DNA of 64,000 nt from a virus: positions 14,463 to 78,462 of the IMG/VR virus record IMGVR_UViG_3300009425_004205. One strand, 5' to 3'. Below the pieces are notes generated by a model. That model worked only from the letters and a program-made list of their open reading frames with translations. It had not been told where the DNA came from and did no database searches. The position numbers were made by a program, and so were the translations under genes. Within the stretch, counting starts at the first letter, position 1. Each line of letters starts with the position of its first letter. Of the stretch, positions 59,001 through 64,000 are shown piece after piece.

Positions 59001-59376
59001 GATAGAAAAAGCTGCACTTCTCGGCCGCTCTGCGCCCGGAGTGCTTCCGGGAGGTAGGTTTTCTGAATTTGTGCAAGGGATGGTTATGTCTGTCGAGGTG
59101 AAATCTAGCACTCAGTTTTCTTTTGTTGATGCCGGAAAGCTTCTAACCCAATTGAACGGGCCCGCCATCAGTATATCGACAGATAACCAATATCGAAAGC
59201 TGGATTCATCTGACATGCCACCTCCATCCAGAGGAAATCCTTCGTCAAATTTGCATAGGAAATATAGAATATGCAGACTGGTACCTTACAAGAACGAAAA
59301 TTTAGGATTCGAAGACAATAATATCAGGAACTCTACTACCGTTTTTGATGAATATTTCCTAGTGGAGGTTGGGTAG
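56047..59376 (+). CDS. Large hypothetical (probably virion) protein
   Basis: 1109-aa ORF coupled to its neighbours in the structural block. Confidence 0.65.
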   Translation: MSVFSGNMPEVYVRNITISPGQPAAVKLSMLIKEKRYPSGTPSWHHLVDLTGNTYIYVVQCRSASESAVLGSLLKDVRSRIFNIDASAKSVHEALTSTRQGTEFKKINLREAIYSGKYSGATRNVSDLSVANKEYDVLYETDFDIVANNLDYLSYYIFSHIDIRGVEESLDVRINGQAEIGMLAAAGSRLKKEAVLVNGAVPEMATVFIDSDTGMPYLGEKHQSEAGWTKGLRTAPEPGYLEVRQVRNTKVNDLRAMQLPPVQERYYGGTVYTTEADILKQRSREQAAREVYMDVQSLVTAQSEQSTEMILKNRVLNADSVKNPYRGEILFSTAPEGGCRYLFTIDWHQMLITNSQFSQFFRNLSADQLRVVMRASAISSFKLWRRRVCPSSVTVDSTPTPLTGINSFGMPSLEVFDANESPTLIVLAVNHDSGGAFEGVTYPKSGDRVGTVSEIFVDFEELTDEEDAKLRTFTGTDYQISDINDGAYQYYIELEIIDGMYDLTKRIRGELDTAIVKMVAYYNLASIPRFREASSSFYERGGTGRKEYGNYDTETGLFTKKFLETTAVSNLTHIRSAVRSYSAAIKLMMGVSVSSNKLEDYVNPLSNGTLETLGKFMEMLKQVRSMYEDKVLSNAKSVRNSKDSGSRTSSSSADTRRYKVLKYFNHSYNCNNRMSFGAKYFNSTLSSTPGFVIQDMSTRLSSEYLSYGVENYRASVNNNGAYLSPSSYVTSEKGAFINSDLSNRDMKSRAIEKKAKKKAGERSYEQEPGPRLVLGSTSTRRRNFSYLRPRDHRAGDEYKIEALGFDVQEDDSLRFAHSVSKSSSGIPWVPKGDKSEDNTNTELLTRRAAVFSSISSLSNVGMTVESPLRGVLPIKMLSWLSVEDENIMTKKTAKNLSLSVTGSGVNEQLKVSYTSPDTLSDKEIQNGSMISNFIYTMSNVFSSNSLSESVRAGMLPSISVISSYVEDRFEYSDKELKKQVPLPPQIEKAALLGRSAPGVLPGGRFSEFVQGMVMSVEVKSSTQFSFVDAGKLLTQLNGPAISISTDNQYRKLDSSDMPPPSRGNPSSNLHRKYRICRLVPYKNENLGFEDNNIRNSTTVFDEYFLVEVG

Positions 59377-62300
59377 AATGTATAGGCCAGACAACCGCAT
59401 AAGTGCCGCCATCCGAGAAGAACAAGCGCGTAATGCTGGCAGAGAAGCGGCGACTGGAACCAACGCCGCGCGTAACACCGCCGCCGTACTATCGAGAGCT
59501 GATGCTATAGCCTCTGGACAAAATCCTTGTAGTGACGGAATATATACTCCAGAAGAAGTAAGAATCGAATTTATAATACCTGAAGCGATAGAAAGCGGCA
59601 CCGACGACGTGGATCCAATTTTTGCATTTCCAGAAACAGCCCAGTCTTTTTTGGCACCCGTAGAGAATATAACATTCCCTTCTACGGGGATAAGCAGGAC
59701 AAAGACGTTGGTGAATCAAGGAATATTCTATAGCTTGAACCGTGATGAGAGAATCGAAGTACTGGAACATTTGTCGAACAACGGATTGTCAAAGTTGGGC
59801 TATAGCGCTGAGCTTTATTCTGTAGGCCTGGCTGGTCCAAATAGGATGTCTCCATATGGAATGCTGTATCCTCACTCTTTCGCAGATTACACGAATGCCG
59901 GAAATTTTATCTTATACCCTGCCCATTCGAATTACGCAAATAGGGAAAGTTCAGATACTTCAGTGATGATTGATACCTTGAGGTTTGTTATGAGAAGGGG
60001 CTGGACAAGGCATCAAGATGGACTTCCAGCATTCCAAGACACTCGTGGGACAACATCGAAGGAGGTGCCGTTTAGTTTTATGCTATCCTCAGTAATGCCG
60101 GACATGGAAGGAAATGCTAGCGCAATATTGCAATTGCACCCGAAAAAACATTCTTTCGACTCAGTTATGAGAAACATGGTTAGTTTGCCTTTACTGTTTA
60201 AAGATGATGGAGTCACCTTGGTGCCGCCGGCGGATTCCAATCTGAATATTTGGAACCCCCATAAAACATCGATGCTTCAACTCTACGTGCTGGGGAGAAG
60301 TCACATTAAATATGAAAATCTTGGTATTGTCGAAAAGCAAATGTACTCGGAGCCACTAGTGCCCATGGGCAGGAAGTTTGTAGATATAACACATGACACA
60401 AGGATGCCCTTCCACAAAGAGGAGGTTCAGCACTTGCCTCCGATTAGGCATCTCAATGTTTCTCTCAAGGTTGGCTCGAATTATATTAGTGACAAGTATA
60501 GAAACAGTACAAAGAGTTCTATGTCATATCCCAGCGCACACTGCATGCACATGATAGAAGCAGGAATGCGAAATCCAGCTAGCAGGGCATCTGGCTACAA
60601 AGTGCTGTTTACCTCGGATAACGTTAGTAAATTCGAGGATGTTTTTGCTAGCCAAAAATTTAAATTTCCTATGTATGTCAACTTGAGATTGACAACGAAC
60701 CAGGGAACAACAATAGCCGGAATAATAAAGGAATCAAAATTTGATAATGAAATCCTGGACTTGATAAGTAGCCACCAGTCGATTAGGCATTCGGAATCGC
60801 CAGTCTATGCTGAAGTCTTAGACGAGCTGATCAACCCCGGGGTTTTTTCCACTAGAGCTTTGGCACCCCCAGACACTAGCCTCAACGATATTACTCACCA
60901 AGGGCAATCAAGAAGGACTATAGATGTTCTGGATTGGGTAAACTCCATGGCATATGCGCCGGCAGACGACGATAGTTCGTATCCTTTAGGTATCAGCGAT
61001 TTGAGTTTAGAAAATGCGACGCCGCAGGAGAGGCTTTTTACGAGAGAGTTATATAAGACAGTCTTCTCGTCTAAGTTGAAGGAGTTTTGTTACCCCCGGG
61101 TTAGATCGTACGAAGACATAATGAAGGGCACGAAGGCTTATTCGGAAACTATAGCATATAAGATAGAAAAGTATAGTATCTTAGAGGACGACACTAGAAG
61201 ATTAGATCAAACGTTTTATATAATAGACAACGACGATATCGATAATATTAATTTCTTAGACACTCAAGTCAAGTACCGGCAGAGATATGAGTATGAAATA
61301 TTTGCTTTTAATCTCGTCATAGGCACGGAGTATGAATATACGTGTATTGATACTCAATTCCCTCTCAGAAATGAAGGGGCATCAGCTATACTTCAGTCTC
61401 ATTATTTCTACTTCGCCGGCCGCCCCCTCAGGGAAAAGCCGACATTTGAATCCGGCTGGGCATTTGCAGATGATTTCCAGCCCGTAACTGTTTTTCAAAG
61501 CGCTTTCATGGGCAAAACATCGATTGAACACACTCTTATACTCGATGGCGACCAGCAGACGAGAGATACCTGGCTTCGTAGTGCCCGCGAAAATAAAGAG
61601 CCCTTCATTCCGAACAATCCAGTAATGAAATGGACAGGTGAAGTCTCTTGGGGTGCTATGAAGGGTGAGATACCATCAGAACAAGAGGTGCAAGGGGAGT
61701 TCGATAGGCGTCAGTCTGCTGCGCGACAAGCTTCAATGGCGGCCGCCTCGGTACGCCTGGCGGAAGACTTACACGTAATACAGACAGCAGAGGACATTCT
61801 GGACGTACGATACTTGCCGGAAGTAATTCAGGGCATCCCCACAAACTCAACTTTTGGGGAAGGAGCTGATGTTTCTCCGATATACGTAAGCATTCTAACA
61901 AAACCAAAGATAGTATTGGTGGAAGTGCCATTCTTTTCCCAGCAGGTGGTTATGGAGGACGCACCACCGGTGTTTCCTCAAGTTCACTTTGTCCCATACA
62001 AGGGAAACACTTCGACAGTTAGAATAAATCTGTCAGCCAACATAGGAGAATATGATTTGGTGCCAGTTATCTTTAACAGTTCCGATGCATTGATGGTGGA
62101 AGACGTCCGTTCTGCCCAGGATGCAAGAGGGGAAACTATAAAATACAAGACTGACAATCCCCCTTCTAACTTTTTAATATATCGAATGGAATCCCCACCG
62201 AGGGATATTATGGATTTTGCTTCGGAGGCAAGAGTCGACTCAACTTCGACGCAAGGCGGATCCGCATCCAGTTATGATGATTACGTCATCCCAAACAAAA

Positions 62301-62884
62301 AGTATTATTATACGTTTAGGGCAGCAGATCCATCGGGCAAACTCTCAACTCCTACTGAGGTATTTTGTTGTCAACTAGTGAGCACTGAGAACGGGATGTA
62401 CTTAGACGTGCACGAGTATGATATGAAAATAAAACCGCTAGCGACAAGTACCTCTTTCGTGCGTTCCCTTTATATTAATCCTGCAGAAATACAGAGGATG
62501 TTCGAGTCGCAAAGTAATCAAGGCACCGCCGGAGACGAACCATTGCCCACGCCATCTTCCGGTGAGCCTTCGTTGGGGTTATTTGAACATCGAATATGGA
62601 ACAAGAGATACAAAATTAGAGTTAAATCAAAAAAGACAGGTAGAAAGGTAGATTTAAATATAAAGTTTAAGAAAACCATGGTAGACTATACTGAAGGAGT
62701 AACGGTGGAGCCTAGTGGCGAGGCTACTACTGCGGCAAGCAATGCTGCCGCACGAGCACCCGCCAGCCTTATTCCCGCAGCAGAGGCTTCGGAAGGTAGT
62801 ATTTCTGCCAGAGATCCCAGAAGGGACAAGGATTACGAGAGTGAGAAGGAAATATTTGTCCGAAATAGGCGAAATAGGGATTAA
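59369..62884 (+). CDS. Large hypothetical (probably virion) protein with Fn3-like segments
   Basis: FLDTQVKYRQRYEYEI and YDDYVIPNKKYYYTFRA resemble Fn3-type strands; the start may be ATG 59378. Confidence 0.65.
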   Translation: MGRMYRPDNRISAAIREEQARNAGREAATGTNAARNTAAVLSRADAIASGQNPCSDGIYTPEEVRIEFIIPEAIESGTDDVDPIFAFPETAQSFLAPVENITFPSTGISRTKTLVNQGIFYSLNRDERIEVLEHLSNNGLSKLGYSAELYSVGLAGPNRMSPYGMLYPHSFADYTNAGNFILYPAHSNYANRESSDTSVMIDTLRFVMRRGWTRHQDGLPAFQDTRGTTSKEVPFSFMLSSVMPDMEGNASAILQLHPKKHSFDSVMRNMVSLPLLFKDDGVTLVPPADSNLNIWNPHKTSMLQLYVLGRSHIKYENLGIVEKQMYSEPLVPMGRKFVDITHDTRMPFHKEEVQHLPPIRHLNVSLKVGSNYISDKYRNSTKSSMSYPSAHCMHMIEAGMRNPASRASGYKVLFTSDNVSKFEDVFASQKFKFPMYVNLRLTTNQGTTIAGIIKESKFDNEILDLISSHQSIRHSESPVYAEVLDELINPGVFSTRALAPPDTSLNDITHQGQSRRTIDVLDWVNSMAYAPADDDSSYPLGISDLSLENATPQERLFTRELYKTVFSSKLKEFCYPRVRSYEDIMKGTKAYSETIAYKIEKYSILEDDTRRLDQTFYIIDNDDIDNINFLDTQVKYRQRYEYEIFAFNLVIGTEYEYTCIDTQFPLRNEGASAILQSHYFYFAGRPLREKPTFESGWAFADDFQPVTVFQSAFMGKTSIEHTLILDGDQQTRDTWLRSARENKEPFIPNNPVMKWTGEVSWGAMKGEIPSEQEVQGEFDRRQSAARQASMAAASVRLAEDLHVIQTAEDILDVRYLPEVIQGIPTNSTFGEGADVSPIYVSILTKPKIVLVEVPFFSQQVVMEDAPPVFPQVHFVPYKGNTSTVRINLSANIGEYDLVPVIFNSSDALMVEDVRSAQDARGETIKYKTDNPPSNFLIYRMESPPRDIMDFASEARVDSTSTQGGSASSYDDYVIPNKKYYYTFRAADPSGKLSTPTEVFCCQLVSTENGMYLDVHEYDMKIKPLATSTSFVRSLYINPAEIQRMFESQSNQGTAGDEPLPTPSSGEPSLGLFEHRIWNKRYKIRVKSKKTGRKVDLNIKFKKTMVDYTEGVTVEPSGEATTAASNAAARAPASLIPAAEASEGSISARDPRRDKDYESEKEIFVRNRRNRD

Positions 62885-62955
62885 CAATTATTTTTTAATT
62901 TAAACTATAAGGATACTAATTATTGTGAGTATTATTATGATTTGGGAGAATATTA

Positions 62956-63942
62956 ATGGCTTTTTTGGATAATTCGGGAGATATCATACTAGATGCAGTG
63001 TTAACCGACGCCGGCAGACAACGTATGGCAAGAGGCAATTTTAAGATTGTAAAGTTTGCTCTAGGGGACGACGAGATAAACTATGAGCTTTTTAATTCTA
63101 ATCACCCAAGTGGATCGGCATATTATGATTTAGACATAATGCAGACTCCCATACTAGAGGCGTTCACTAATAACACGGCAACAATGAAATCTAGGCTACT
63201 CACCGTAGCTAGGACAGATATCTTGTATATGCCAATACTTAAGATAAATGAAAAATTGGGAGGCTCAAACAGCAATAGCAAGTTAGCTTCCTCTACCTCG
63301 ACTCCAGCAAACGCAGATAGCAATGGGATGTTCGTGGTTGCTGCATCGAAAGCTACAGAGGATGACTTACTCGGAGAGTCTGATGGTGTCATGTTCGGCG
63401 TCTCGACCGTCGCAAATAAATCAATTAACAAGATTGTAATTGATCAGGGCCAAGATACTTCGGGAGATCCTCCAGTAACAGACTCTCTAGATTCAGATTT
63501 GGTGGAAAGTCAGTATATCATCCAGATAGACAATCGCCTCGGAAAGATAGCAGAAACCGGAAATACAGTGATGGCATTTTCTTTTGTTGACGATGATGAC
63601 ATAGCTACTTATTATTTTGGCTTAAATAATAGTAATATTATTAGTAGTATAAGCCCACCTGCTACGGAGGACATCACTCAGTGGCTAGACGACAACACCC
63701 CGTTCAATGGCCCTTTGGGCACAAGATTGAGCTTTAAGATAAAAGCCTCGTCACAGCTGAGAGCTAGTTCATCATTATTCACAAAGTTGGGGGGCACAAC
63801 TACAGTGACAGTCAGGGGCACAACAGGCGCCGGAGGCACAGGTACGGCAACTTGTTATTACATAGACTCTATCGTAAGAGTCACTGGGGTAACTACTGGT
63901 TACTCCATAGACATTCCAGTTAGATTCGCTAGAAAAGTTTAA
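62956..63942 (+). CDS. Putative virion structural protein
   Basis: MAFLDNSGDIILDAVLTDAGRQRMARGNFKIVKFALGDDEINY; preceded by CTAATTA and GGGAG. Confidence 0.72.
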   Translation: MAFLDNSGDIILDAVLTDAGRQRMARGNFKIVKFALGDDEINYELFNSNHPSGSAYYDLDIMQTPILEAFTNNTATMKSRLLTVARTDILYMPILKINEKLGGSNSNSKLASSTSTPANADSNGMFVVAASKATEDDLLGESDGVMFGVSTVANKSINKIVIDQGQDTSGDPPVTDSLDSDLVESQYIIQIDNRLGKIAETGNTVMAFSFVDDDDIATYYFGLNNSNIISSISPPATEDITQWLDDNTPFNGPLGTRLSFKIKASSQLRASSSLFTKLGGTTTVTVRGTTGAGGTGTATCYYIDSIVRVTGVTTGYSIDIPVRFARKV

Positions 63943-63959
63943 GGGAGTAGAAGAATAAA

Positions 63960-64000
63960 ATGGCATCTGTTTTTAAAACGTTTTTGAATAACGACATTAC
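63960..64000 (+). CDS. Start of next structural gene (truncated by window end)
   Basis: ATG GCA TCT GTT TTT AAA... (MASVFKTFLNNDI) after GGGAG. Confidence 0.55.
   Translation, partial: MASVFKTFLNNDI

Noticed and set aside
25709-63942. Bacterial extracellular contractile injection system or T6SS
   Set aside because: The T4 gp6-style wedge, giant LamG proteins, phage sigma factor, tRNA/tmRNA and overall gene style fit a large phage better.

Overview
This window is best read as a 64 kb fragment of a large, AT-rich, T4-like (contractile-tail) phage genome, with almost every gene on the + strand. It has three blocks. (1) About 1-11 kb is a host-takeover block: tmRNA, IscU/IscA, TilS followed by its tRNA-Ile2(CAU) substrate, a ClpP-like protease, a trypsin-like protease, PIN-PhoH, a zinc peptidase and an Fe-S PD-(D/E)XK nuclease. 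(2) About 11-24 kb is a tightly coupled glycan-modification cluster. It has four glycosyltransferases and what looks like a complete phosphonate pathway: PEP mutase, split phosphonopyruvate decarboxylase, AEP transaminase, cytidylyltransferase and LicD transferase. A sulfotransferase-like gene, a B12 radical SAM, an FkbM methyltransferase and an epimerase are also present. (3) About 24.6-64 kb holds a phage sigma factor followed by baseplate/virion genes: two paralogous hub-like proteins with different enzymatic C-termini, gp25- and gp6-like wedges, and two ~3,470-aa proteins. The most notable candidate novel system is the phage-borne biosynthesis, activation and transfer pathway for a phosphonylated glycan, located next to the virion genes. 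All calls come from motif recognition by eye; no searches were run.
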